Assembly: GCF_030684315.1 (NCBI RefSeq)
Contig: NC_081387.1
Location: 28,019,771-28,083,770 of the forward strand
Source of the DNA: Stegostoma tigrinum
Taxonomy: Eukaryota
Direction of reading: 5' to 3'
Length of the DNA: 64,000 nt
A model generated the notes under the pieces. The model made no database searches. It saw only the letters and a list, made by a program, of their open reading frames with translations, and was not told the DNA's origin. Shown piece by piece: positions 38,721 to 50,869 of this stretch (its first letter is position 1; each line of letters starts with the position of its first letter). A program made the translations under genes and the position numbers.

Positions 38721-39679
38721 TAAGCCTGGCATGGCCACTCCAAGAATAAAGTCTTCCCCTGGTTTCTCTCTTTGGTGATATTGGAACACGTGAGCCCAAA
38801 GGCTTAAACTTGCCTGAGCACAATGCTAGATTTTTGTTGAAGATCACTTTAAACCAATTTACTCAGACATGCACAATTCATTTGGTAAGGCCCAACATGT
38901 AAGGCCATCAATAGGGATTAATGTTAATGGAACTGAGTACAGCCTGAATGAAATGGACAGAATCTAGGCCAGGCAACAGTATCAAAAAACGAAAAGCCCT
39001 GTTGGGGTTAGTGGGAATCAGCTCTCAGTCTGATGTTCAAACACTTGAGGTGAAATTACTTCCACGAGGTAAAAATTGTGGAAGGGAAAATAATTGTGGA
39101 TTGTTTCCAGTAATTGGTGAGGCAGAAGGAGAAGGGCACCATTAAAGATAATGGTGCCAAGTGGCTAGAATCTGTCATTTTCTGCCACAAACCATTGCTG
39201 AAGCAGTTTCTATAAATTATTTTGGACAAAAATTAGACAGGTGCTTGAAAAAGAACAATATTAGAAACGGAAAGAGTAGATGAGTTAAATTGTGACCCAC
39301 ATGAACAAAACCTTGAGGGGGAAACCATCGAGCCTCTTTGTGGTATAAGATGGTATGGGGTTGTAATTGGGTAACTTCATTAATACGAAGCAGACACTGG
39401 GTGCACTTCCCTGCCTGACGTGAAAGGGACTGGGGCACGTTGTAAGACAGACTGATGATTCACCATAAGCCCAAGAAAGGAAAATGGTCCAAAGGCTGAA
39501 AGCTGTGGGTACTGTAAATTTAAACAAATTTGTGTGTTGTTGAAATAATTATTGTTTTGTCAAAGATTTTTTTTGTCATGCACTCCATCAGGACACTTTG
39601 TAAGAAATATCCAAGTAAAGGGAAAACAATATGTATACTGTACAAGAAGATTGTCCTGATAAGTTCAAAATGATGATCA

Positions 39680-40530
39680 GAGATAATGGGAACTGCAGAT
39701 GCTGGAGAATCCAAGATATCAAAGTGTGGAGCTGGATGAACACAGCAGGCCAAGCAGCATCTCAGGAACACAAAAGCTGACATTTCAGGCCTAGACCCTC
39801 CATCAGAGACAGGGATGGGGTGAGGGTTCTGGAATAAATAGGGAGAGAGGGGGAGGCGGACCAAAAATGGATAGAGGAGAAGGTCTTACGAGGAAAGGCT
39901 GAGGGACTTGAGGCTGTTTTCATTAGAGAGAAGAAGGTTGAGAGGTGACTTAATTGAAACATATAAAATAATCAGAGGGTTAGATAGGGTGGATAGGGAG
40001 AGCCTTTTTCCTAGGATGGTGACGGCGAGCACGAGGGGGCATAGCTTTAAATTGAGGGATGAAAGATATAGGACAGATGTCAGAGGTAGTTTCTTTACTC
40101 AGAGAGTAGTAAGGGAATGGAACACTTTGCCTGCAACGGTAGTAGATTCGCCAACTTTAGGTACATTTAAGTCGTCATTGGATAAGCATATAGACGTACA
40201 TGGAATAGTGTAGGTTAGATGGGCTTGAGGTCGGTATGACAGGTCAGCACAACATTGAGGGCCGAAGGGCCTGTACTGTGCTGTAATGTTCTATGTTCTA
40301 AGATAGGTGGAGAGGAGAGTATAGGTGGGGAGGTAGGGAGGGGATAGGTCAGTCCGGGAAGGACGGACAGGTCAAGGTGGGGGGGAATGAGGTTAGTAGG
40401 TGGGAAATGGAGGTGCGGCTTGAGGTGGGAGGGGATAGGTGAGAGGAAGAACAGGTTAGGGAGTTGGGGACGAGCTGGGCTGGTTTTGGGATGCAGGGGG
40501 GGAGGGGACAAGCTGGGCTGGTTGTGGCAG
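39680..40530 (-). mobile_element. Penelope 3' fragment interrupted by a younger CR1 3' fragment (+, ~39883-40299)
   Basis: Penelope sequence stops at ...GAGGAGAAG and resumes at AAGATAGGTGG. The insert encodes LFSLERRRLRGDLIETYKI...FFTQRVVREWNTLP and ends in a TGTTCTA tail. Confidence 0.85.
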
Positions 40531-42486
40531 AACAAAACGAGCTTTGTTCTGTCAGACCAAATTATTGTAAACATTTCTGAGGAAGGGTACCGGACCCGTA
40601 ACGTTAACTCTGATTTTTTTCCTCCACAGATGCTGCCAGACCTGCTGAGCTTTTCCAGCAGCTTCTGCTTTTGTTCCTGATTTACAGCATCCACAGTTCT
40701 TTCAGTTTTTGTACTGTAAACAATTGTTCAGTTTAAATGAATGGGATTTCTGATTTGGAACGTGTAAATTGAAAAAAAAACAGCCTTGATTCAAGCCAAG
40801 AATTAAACATTTTCTTTTAAGTAGGGTGCATGAAAGTCACTGCTGATGTTTTTCCAAGGATTTCTGCTGAAAACATTGCTCTTTGGGAACAAGCTTTCAG
40901 GAGAAATGGCTAATATTGTAAATATTCGCTCAAAAAGCTGAACACTTATTTAAGGAAGCTGCGAATCCTTCACACCGTTGGAAAGTATGACAATCCACAG
41001 ATGTAACCTTTGGAAGACAATTGTCAACAGCACAACAACTGTGATTAAAAACTACAGTAATAATTTGCATTGGTATAGAACTTTTAACATGATTCCATTT
41101 AACAATGCACTTCACAGTCACATTATGAATTAAAATCAGACACAGCCACACATAAGGTGATGTTAGTCTCAAAGAAGGAGACGTTGAGTCACACAAGTTT
41201 AAGAGAATTCCAGAGATTAGTACCTAGTTACCCAAACGCATGGTCAATAATTTCAGGCACGGCCAGGCCTTCAGAATTAGATGAGCATAGATATCTTGGA
41301 CAGTCATGGAGCTGAAGGAGATTATAGAGAGCAGACTATACAAACAATTTGAAAGGATGAGAATTTTCCATTTAAGGTATTGCTTGACACAGAGCCAACA
41401 GGTCAGCAGGCAGAGGAGCAGTGCTTAACAGAATTTTGTTCAAATAAGAACAAGGACAAACGAGTTTAAATCATCTCAAGTTTACAGAGATTAGAGTGTG
41501 AGAGGCCAGGCAAGAATGCACTGGAATAGTATATCTGGATGTAACAAAGGGATGGTGGAGGGGTTTAGAAACAGATGTTAAGGGGGATGTTAGGGTTAGA
41601 GGTAGAAATTGAGAGTCCTAGACATGGCATGGGTAGGTGAATCAATAGGTCATCCTGTGGTCAGGTATAACATCAAAATTGTAAAACCAGATTCATAACC
41701 TATTTTTGTTCATGTTGAACTTTTGATCAGCCAGGGATAAAGATTCATAAATCTTTGCCTTCTTGGAGGCTTAATTACTGATGTACCACCTCCCTGGAGA
41801 GACATGGAGAACTTACTACAAAATAGTAGCAAAACATGGTTAATCATTTCGCAATTAAGTCTGAGGATTGTTTGAAGAAAATATCATGGGTCACATTAAT
41901 GTACTATTAAGAGTTCAAAAAGAAATTGGCTGGGCACTTGAAGAAAATAAACTTTCAGGGACAGAACAGGGAATGAGGCTGTTTGGGCTGATCTTTGGGG
42001 AGTCAGAATGGATTCGTTGGGCTGACGGGCCTGTCTCTGTGCCACATAGCTCAGAGTTTTAGAGCTTACATTTCGCATACTTGACATTGACTTTACAGCA
42101 TCTCTAGATTAGCTTTCTTTTCTACATGCCCTGAAAATGGTTGCAAACTACTTGCTGTGCATCTCTTGTACAACATTGCCATCAGGCAGTATCATTTCAG
42201 ATCTTTCCAAACAGCAATGTTACAGTGGAAAACGAGAGACAATTTACTCAAACTTCACATCAAACTACATCAACACAGGAAATATTTCAACCCAATTCAA
42301 AACTAATTGGTATGAACAAATAAAACATTCTAAATTGTCCCAGGTGTAAAACAAGTCTGGAATATAACACTTAGTACATTCTGACAAAGCTTTCAACAAT
42401 TCCAATACATATGAAAATGCAACTGAGTAATGAATGTAAGTCAAAGCTTCATGAAAAATGTAATTTTATTAAACAATGTGTGGTTA

Positions 42487-43811
42487 CTATTTATATTTTC
42501 TACCTTTCCACTTTTTCTTTCGTAAACTTCTTCTTGTGGGCACCGATAGTTCTTTAGTTATTGCATTGTTTTTGGCAGAGGAAGTATGGGTTGGTCTACT
42601 TGAAACACATTTGGTAAACCCAATTTCAATAGAAGCTACACCCTCATTAGTTTCTGAGTTCACCTCTTGTTCTCTTAAGTCACCTGATGTTTCAAAGGTT
42701 TCGGTCCTGCTGAACTGTGCAGAGCTTTGATTGTCTACGACTTCAGTGAGGAGGCTGACTACAGAGTCAGCTTCCTCACTGATCTGAGCTAAACCCTCTA
42801 ACACTGTCGTGTGTACTTTCTGAATGCTTGAATCTCCTTGGGTTAGGCCACTGTGAACAGTATGCCTTATATCCGACAAGCCTCTGCAAAGAACATCCTG
42901 AATGTTGCCTAATCCTGTCCTTACAGCTGTTAGATGCTCAGCTATGCCACTCTGTAAGACACTCTGCAATCCTGTAAACCCTGTATGAATTTTGGATTCC
43001 AGGTCTACGATGCCTGACTGCATACTTGTGTGTACATTATGTAAATCAGTATGGAAGGAGGCCTGCATGTCTGCCATGGCAGACTGTATGTCATTAAACA
43101 GGCCTCCAACACACAGATTTTCCAGCTGCTGTACCCTGGAGAATTCATCATGGAACATCAGGGCCAGAAGATCCTGCTGTGATGCTGTGTTTACACCACA
43201 TACTGGTACACGCCAACGTCCTTGTGGCCTTCCAGAAGTTCCAGCGAATGCTTCATCCTCCTGCTGTGCTACAACTACTGGTGTGGAGTTGGACGGTTGT
43301 GCCAGTTCATCGTGTGTGATTATCACAGGATAAGGCCCTGCAGAATACCCGGAGATGATGGGTGCTGTGGCAGTTGGTGTAACAGCCACAGTCAAAGTAT
43401 TGGTGGGTCTGGTGGTGGCAAGGGTAGTAGGTGTGATTCTGGTAGGAGTGTGGATGACAGCAGTGGTAACGTTAGTGTCAGCACATGTGCTCTTGGGAAT
43501 GTTGGAGGTGATGCTGGATGCAGGGGTAGAAGATGTGATTTTGATGGGAATAGTATCTGTGCTGGGTGTGACATGGATACAGTTGGGTAGACTGGTGACA
43601 GCAGAGGAATCGATAATATTAGTGAACATGGCATTGGTGACAAAGCTGGAACTTATGGACCATGTGGATACTGTGGTGATGGAAGTAGATACAGCATCAC
43701 TGGCAGCAGTGATTGGCATGACAACACCAGTCGTGGAGGCAGGAGTGATGGTAGCAGCAATCTCTGTTTGTTGTCTTGCAGGCTTCTGTTCTGCCAGAGG
43801 ATCTGGCTTTT
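42487..43811 (-). CDS. Large terminal exon (440 aa plus stop): Thr/Pro-rich region, 11-mer amphipathic repeats, basic C-terminus; candidate alternative last exon of the Ig-5TM gene
   Basis: 1.3 kb stop-free frame in AT-rich surroundings. Acceptor tttaaatctatatacag|AA, phase 1. AATAAA at 42465-42470 on the minus strand just past the stop. Confidence 0.7.
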
Positions 43812-44059
43812 CTGTATATAGATTTAAAAAATCTTTATGTACTGAGATAACCATTGTTCAAGCATAATAAGTAAATAATTATTTATAATTACTTTATGAA
43901 GGTATGACAGAGTAGTTCATGTCTGACTGGGTTATGGGTGTAAATGGGAAATTATATTTCAAAACACAAACAGGTCAGCCGCGATATTATTGATTGGTGC
44001 AGCAGGGTCTATTAGTTTGCTTCAACTTCTATTTCACACATTCACAAGTTCTCAAATCA

Positions 44060-46100
44060 CAGCAGACCCTGGTGTGTAGGGCCACACATAGTGTTTTTAG
44101 GGACAGAGTTCCAGGATTATGAGCCAGTGACCATGAGGAAACAGTAATACAGTTCCAAGTCAGGATGGCATGTTAGTTGGACAGGATCATGGATGTGGTG
44201 TTTTTCTTGTGCACTTGTTGCTCTTGTCCTTGTAGACATTGAAAGTCACAGTTTAGTTCGGAGGTGTCAGAGAGCCTTGGCAAGTTACTGCAGTACATCT
44301 TGCAGATAATACACACTGATTCTATGGAATATGGATGGTGAGGGAGTGAAATGTGATCCAATCAAGTGGGCTGGATCATGGCAAGCTTCTTGAGTTTTTC
44401 TGAGGCTATACTCATCCAAACAAGTGGAGAGTATTCCATCAAACTTCTGTCTTGGGCCTTATACGTGGTGGTCAGGTATTAGGGAGATGGGAGGTGAGTT
44501 ATTTGCCACAGACCTGCTTGCAGCCCCAATACGTACATGGCCAAACCAGGATATTAGTAGGGAATTCAGAGATGGTAATGCCATCAATGGTTCGAATCAC
44601 TCTTGCTTGCCCTTGGTTGTTGTCCATATCTTGCTGCATATGGGCATGAACTGTTTCATTATAAGGTGTCCGAAATGAACGTTGATGATTGCACAATGAA
44701 CACCCCACTTAAGAAGGTCATTGATGAAGCAGCTGAAGATGGTTGGACCTAGGACACTATCCTGAACAGTTCTCGCAAGTATGTTCTGGAAGTGAGAATG
44801 ACTGTACCTCAATCCACAACCTTCGGGCCACGTATGGCTCCAACCAACAGAGAGTTTTGTACAAAAACAAAGTTGCTGGAAAAGCTCAGCAGGTCTGGCA
44901 GCATCTGTGAAGGAAAAAACAGAGTTAATTATTCTGAAGAAGGATCACTGGACCTGAAATATTAACACTTTTTTTTCACAGATGCTGCCAGACTTGCTGA
45001 GCTTTTCCAGAAACTTTGTTTTTGTTCCTGATTTACAGCATCTGCAGTTCTTTCAGTTTTTAACAAGAGAGTTTTGTCTCTGATTCCCATTGATTATAGT
45101 TTTGCTAGGCTCCATCATGCCACAATTGGTGAAATATTGTTTTAATGTCAAGGACTGTCATTCTCACCTCACCTCTGGAGTTTATCTAAGGTGGTGATGA
45201 AGTCAGGTACCAAGTGGCATTTGCAGAATGCAAACTAAGCATCGGCGAATGGATTATACCTTTTTTGACTGCCACTTGATAGCACTGTTGACAATGCCTT
45301 CCATCGCTTGCTGGTGATTCAGTATAAACAGCTGGGGTAGTAATTGGCTGGGTTGGATTTGTCCTGTGCTTTTGTCCTTTTCTGTACAGGATATACCTGG
45401 GTAATTTTCCACATTGTCAGTAGATGCGAGTGTTGTAGCTGTACAGTAAAAGCTTGGCTAGGGGTGTGTCAAGCTCTAGAGCACAAGTTTTCAGTATTAT
45501 TGCTTAATCTTGTCATAGCCCATGGCCTTTGCAGTATCGAGAGCTTTCAGCCATTTCTTGGAATCACTTGCAGTGAACTGCACTGGCTGAAGACTAACAA
45601 TTGACTGTGATCCTGGAGACCTCAGGAGGGGGCTTTGGTAGATCATGCACTTGTCACTTCTGGCATGACGATGGATACAAATACTTCAGCAATGTCTTTG
45701 ATGCGTTGGGCTCGCCATCATTGAGGATTGATATATTGTTCAGTGTTCTCCTCTGGGTGTAATAGAACTGCAGAGCATAGATTGGTTAGGGAATTGGTTG
45801 TGGAATAACGTAGCCTTATCTATCACTTGCTGCTTCTGCTGTTTGACATAGAAGTAGTCCTGTGTTGTACTTTCACCAGGTGGACACCTCATTTTTGGAT
45901 ATACCTAGTGCTGGCATGTCCTCCTGCACTCTTTCATTACATCAGGGTCAATCTACTTGCTTGACAGTAATGGAAGAGTGAAGGCTGTGCTGGGCCATGT
46001 GATTACAAACTGTGGTTTAATATAATTCTGTCGCTAATGGCGCACAGCACCATGTGGATACCCAGTTTTACACTGCCAGAGCTGTTTAGCACACTGGTTG
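44060..46100 (-). mobile_element. Degenerate LINE (same family as 12330-14200) with an inserted palindromic Penelope-end element at ~44860-45062
   Basis: VQDSVLGPTIFSCFINDL RT remnant. The insert is flanked by a CAGAGAGTTTTGT/AAGAGAGTTTTGT-like duplication. Confidence 0.75.
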
Positions 46101-46399
46101 TGCTGCATATCAGGCTAGTTGTAATGGCCTGAGGGTGGCCTCAATAAAATCAATAGGATGCCCTCCAGCTTGGAAATAGCAACAGGGGACAGTGTTTGTG
46201 ATTTACTTGTATGAAAATGGAATCACCCAATCTCCAACAGTGAGTGGGGATGTCACATTTTTGGTGGGGGGTGAGTGCTGACAATTCCTCTATATGTTGA
46301 CCTTTGTCCACAGCTGACTGTGGACAAGGAACTCAACTGCAGCACTGAGTCCCCAGTCTGCCACCAGAATGCTGCCTCCCAGCCGCTTCACTTATCTGA

Positions 46400-46680
46400 G
46401 AGTTAGCAGGAACTGTTGATGCTGGAGTCTGAGATAACAAGGTGTGGAACTGGATGAACACAGCAGGCCAGGCATCATCAGAGGAGCGGGAAAGCTGACG
46501 TTTTGGGTGTGGGGAGAGAGATAATAGGAACTGCAGATGCTGTAGAATCCGAGATAACAAAGTGTGGAGCTGGATGAACACAGCAGGACAAGCAGTGTCT
46601 TAGGAGCACAAAAGCTGACGTTTTGGGCCTAGACCCTTCATGAGTTTTGGGTGTGGAGCCTTCTTCAGAATACTCATCTG
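46400..46680 (-). mobile_element. Tandem/nested Penelope terminal repeats
   Basis: Two successive copies of GCTGGATGAACACAGCAGG..AAAAGCTGACGTTTT. Confidence 0.75.
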
Positions 46681-47382
46681 AGTTTCCTGCGGAACCTGGA
46701 GACTGACTAGACACTCCAGTCAGCTCCCGTCTATGCTCTCAAATAGCCATTAATAGGACCATAGACTGCCTACTGCTTGCAGGTGGGCAACCCTGCCACC
46801 CTCCACATCTATGGTGCAGGGACATGTTTTAATGTGTGCCCACTTCTGCACCTGCTTAAGCGGGGATCAAAAATCACCCAAAGGACTCAACTCATTTGTT
46901 GAGTTGTTCCAGTTTTTCTGTTTTTAACTTTAGATTTATCAGTTACCTGAAATATTTTCCATTTTGTAAACTGTTGTTTGCAGTATGCTTTAAAATATAA
47001 TTTGCTGGCTGTGTAGTATTTTGTAAGGACCTGAGGATTTGTTAGGTAAATATGGTTTAATGAAGATGGCTAGATGCTGGAAGATGTCAACAAACAAGGA
47101 AAAGGAAATGCTGAATTTTATGAATGTGCAAATACTGGTTGTTAAAGTCACAGTAAAGGAGCAATGAAAAACTTAGACAAAGTAATAGTCTGGCCAGAAT
47201 TGGAGTGTTACTATAAAAATTACCAAAAAGCCAGTGAAACTGTTCAGAAAGGAAAAGTTGTGATTATGAGGAATAACTTAAGAGACAGGAGTTTCTCCAC
47301 CATAACAAAGAAGACTTAAAAGCTGTTTTAAAATAATAACACATTTTGATGTACTTTCTCAATATACTCTTTGTTTCATTGT

Positions 47383-47430
47383 GGACAAAGTCAGAAGTCA
47401 CATGACACCATGTGACTTCTGACTTTGTCC
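47383..47430. repeat. Perfect 22-bp inverted repeat with 4-nt loop
   Basis: GGACAAAGTCAGAAGTCACATG-acac-CATGTGACTTCTGACTTTGTCC. Confidence 0.95.
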
Positions 47431-48465
47431 GCCCCAGTCCAAAAACAGCCTCTCCACATCATGGCTCTCATTGTGAAATCGGTGATAAGGGATTCTTCAA
47501 TTTAAAATTGTCATGAAGGAACCAAGGACTTGATGACCAAATGCTCTCCTAAACTGCTGCAAATTACTATGACAATAATAATGAAGGATGTAGGATAAAT
47601 TGTAACAGTGATTGCAGCATTGAACGCTTTGTTTAAAGAGAAAATTTCTAAGAAAGAGCAGGAAAAGTTTTGTAATAGAGAGCAAAGAACAGAAAACACT
47701 GTTCTGCATACCTTGAATAAGGGGGAAATTTCTGTGTAGTAGTTTTAAATAGTTCTCAAGCAACAGCTAGGAACAAAAATCTCAGGGTAAAGGGAAACAG
47801 AAATAAAATGCAAAAGTGGTATGATGAAAACTGTTTTCATGCAATGAATGGTTAAATTCTTGAAAGCACTGCCTCAGAATGTGATTGAAGTGGCTTCAAT
47901 CAAGGTATTCAAGTGCAGATTAAATTGTTGATTGAAAGGGAATAATGTGCAAAGTAATGGGGAAAGGGCAGGACAATAGCATTAAGTGGGATCTCATCTG
48001 GAGAGCTGACGCAGATACAATGGGCCAAATGGCCTCCTCCTGCACTGTTACAATTCAGTGGAACTATCTGTTTACTTCATAAAGATAACAAACACAATTC
48101 TTCCACAAGAAAGAAAGGAACATTTTGAAAAAGGTTCAGAAATGCTAATGGCAGTATCTTCCTTGCAGTTAATGGACAAATCCATTTAGTGTAGCACTCA
48201 GCCACAAATCAGTGGGTAAATTCTAAAGCAGAGAAGGATAAATACCAGGTAGTTCAGGATGGCAATGGCAGTGGCCTGGGTGCAGGTCTAATTGTGTGCA
48301 ATATAACATTTTAAAAGGCAATGGAAGAATCATGAATCTGTTTTCACAACCTTCTACAGAGCACTAATTTTCTGACTTATTTTTAACGCAACACCTCTGT
48401 AAAGTCTTTTCAAGTTTTTCACTTCAGATCAGCAATGGGCAAGCATTGATACTTGCAATACTTAC

Positions 48466-48558
48466 TGTAGCTGAAGACAAGCAGACATAACACAAACGGT
48501 GAAGCAACAGCACCAAATAACTTGTGTATCAAGGGCCATTCAGAAGCACATCCTTCCT
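48466..48558 (-). CDS. Ig-5TM gene: exon for Cys-containing loop and TM5
   Basis: tttttattgtgtttag|AG...A|gtaagt, 93 nt, phase 1-1. Encodes EEGCASEWPLIHKLFGAVASPFVLCLLVFSY. Confidence 0.8.
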
Positions 48559-49289
48559 CTAAACACAATAAAAATATATCAGAATTTTTGTTTTAACTAC
48601 AGAAATTGTTAGCTTAAAGAACTATGAACAAAATCAAGACGCTACTGAAGTTTCTGTTTCAGTGAAATAATAGGTAGCAACAAGACTATCTGTTGTAAAC
48701 AAAGAAGGCTACAGTTAAATTAGAAATTGTACTTTGTATATTATAGCAGTCACTAATTCCTGTCTAGTTGTAGCATGAGTTGCAACTTCAGTCAACCTGA
48801 CAGAGTCGTTTATGTTCAACTTAATTTAACTAATGTAGGCATTCCTCATCCAACTTGCTGGTATGGAACTGATAGGAACAAGAGTAGGAACCTTTAAAGT
48901 TATTGGGACCTTTTGTTTATGGTACAGGGTTCTCACAATTTCAGAAGTTTATAGTTGATGCCAGCAGGATGGCACCCTAGAACACGGAATCAGGTAAACT
49001 GACTCGATACAGGTGGCAGGAAAACTCTTAACACAAACCCGGCCAGGGAGCACTCAATCTCCTCAAGGAAATGGAAATCTCTGATTCCTAACAAGGGTTT
49101 TTGTGGTGCAGTTATAGTGTTCCTAACCCCGAACTATGAGGCTCAAGCTGCTCCAGAGCTGCGCAATAACATTTCTGAACAGATTGATTAGAAAATATTT
49201 GCTCTTATCCCTTGCAGCTCCATTTTGATTTGGCCCCTCCCTCCCCTTTGTGTCATTGCACTGCCCTACATCAATGGAACTGAGTTTGA

Positions 49290-50230
49290 AAAGGTGACGA
49301 TGACTGACAAACTGTCATGGATTTCCCACGTAGATAGAACAGTCAAGAAGGCCCAGCAATGCCTCTCCCTCCTCGGGCGGCTCAGGAAATTTAGCATGTC
49401 CGTAAGGTCCCCCACCAACTCCTACAGATACACCATTGAAAACATCCTGTCCAGGTGCATGACAGCCTGGTAATGGCAACAGCTCTGCCCAAGACCGTAA
49501 GAAACTACAGAAGGTGGTGTGCACAGCCCAGCAGAAGTCAACTTTCCATGGACTCCATTTACAAGGCTCGCTGCCATGGAAAGGCTGCCAACATGTGGGC
49601 AGCACGGTGGCTCACTGGTTAGCACTGCAGTCTCACAGCTCCAGGGACCTGGGTTTGATTCCCGCCTGGGGCGACTGTCTGTGTGGAGTTTGCACATTCT
49701 CCCCATGTCTGCGTGGGTTTCCTCCGGGTGCTGTGGTTTCCTCCCACAGTCCAAAGATGTGCAGGTTAGGTGGATTGGCCTTGCTAAATTGTCCATAGTG
49801 TTCAGGGGTGGGTGGGTTATAAGGGGATGGGTCTGGGTGGGATGCTTCAAGGGGCAGTGTGGACTTGTTGGGCCAAAAGGCCTGTTTCCACACTGTAGGG
49901 AATCTAATATAATCAAACATCATCAAAGACCCATCACACTCCAGTGATGATCTCCTACAATCTCTCCCATGAGGCAGAAGATACAGAAGCCTGAACACAC
50001 ATATGAGCAGGTTCAGGAACAGCTTCATCCCGGCCGTTATCAGACTGATGAATGGGGTCTCTAGCCTCAAATAACGTTGATCTTGCGAACACTGATTTTG
50101 CTTAGCACATGCCCTGTGCAAAATAACCTGTATGCCTTTGGCTAAGTCTTTTTGATCTGTACATCCCTCGCCTACCAGCGTCTGCCTGTACCGCTCGTAA
50201 ACAAAGCTTTTCGCTGTATTTCAGTACTCA
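49290..50230 (+). mobile_element. Rex1/Babar-like LINE 3' fragment
   Basis: LSWISHVDRTVKKAQQCLSLLGRLRKFSMS..YRYTIENILSRCMTAW, resuming after the SINE as IIKDPSH. Ends in AATAAA plus (TCAA)n. Confidence 0.75.
49597..49905 (+). mobile_element. tRNA-derived SINE (HE1/V-SINE type) nested in the Rex1-like LINE
   Basis: Matches the 5968 copy. Flanked by an AACAT duplication. Confidence 0.85.
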
Positions 50231-50640
50231 TGACAATAAATCAATCAGTCAATAATTCAATCAATCTTAACAAGCTCTGCACATCAATTAACTACTTGCA
50301 AAACACAGGTGATTTACTTTAGTGGCTAATAAGTGAAAAATACCATGGGTGATTAAGTGATGGGAAAATAAAAACCATTCAGTTGTGTAAGGGCACTTCT
50401 GAATATGGAAATAAAAATATATTGTTTTGTCCTTGTGGTGCGGTGATACTGTCACCACCTCTGAATGAAGAGACCCAGATCTGATAGCGAAAAATGATGG
50501 AAATCTGTACTAGATAATACAATATTGTTTCATAAATCTACATCCAGAATCTCCCCTTCATGCAGAATCTTGCATGTCTAGGTTAGAAACAGTTTAAGAT
50601 ATTTTTGTTCTAGTCAATAAAAATGACTGACTATGCTCAC

Positions 50641-50724
50641 CACTGTACTCATACTTCTTCATAATCAAAATTATGGTTGTGATGATTGTTATATGCACAA
50701 ACATAGCGACTAGAATAGGTAACC
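50641..50724 (-). CDS. Ig-5TM gene: TM4 exon
   Basis: ttcttgtgtttggcag|GG...G|gtgagc, 84 nt, phase 1-1. Encodes WLPILVAMFVHITIITTIILIMKKYEYS. Confidence 0.8.
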
Positions 50725-50869
50725 CTGCCAAACACAAGAATATTAATAGCATGTTATTAAGTAGCAACCACATTTACCTTCTGTGTATGTCAGATTACAA
50801 AATAGAAACAAGTTATTACACTTCAGTAAACAGTTCATTAGTTGTGCAACATATTACTTAAAAGCACAT

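Noticed and set aside
42992-43867. Plus-strand ORFs (113, 122 and 170 aa), including a Val-rich hydrophobic one
   Set aside because: Antisense shadows of the Thr-rich minus-strand exon.
46140-46880. Possible Harbinger-type DNA transposon remnant, or Myb exon upstream of the large exon
   Set aside because: No convincing terminal inverted repeat pair or Myb/SANT reading frame found.
47712-47766. Possible small minus-strand exon LLLENYLKLLHRNFPLIQ
   Set aside because: Open only from phase 0, which is incompatible with the phase-1 TM5 donor; the phase-1 reading stops immediately.
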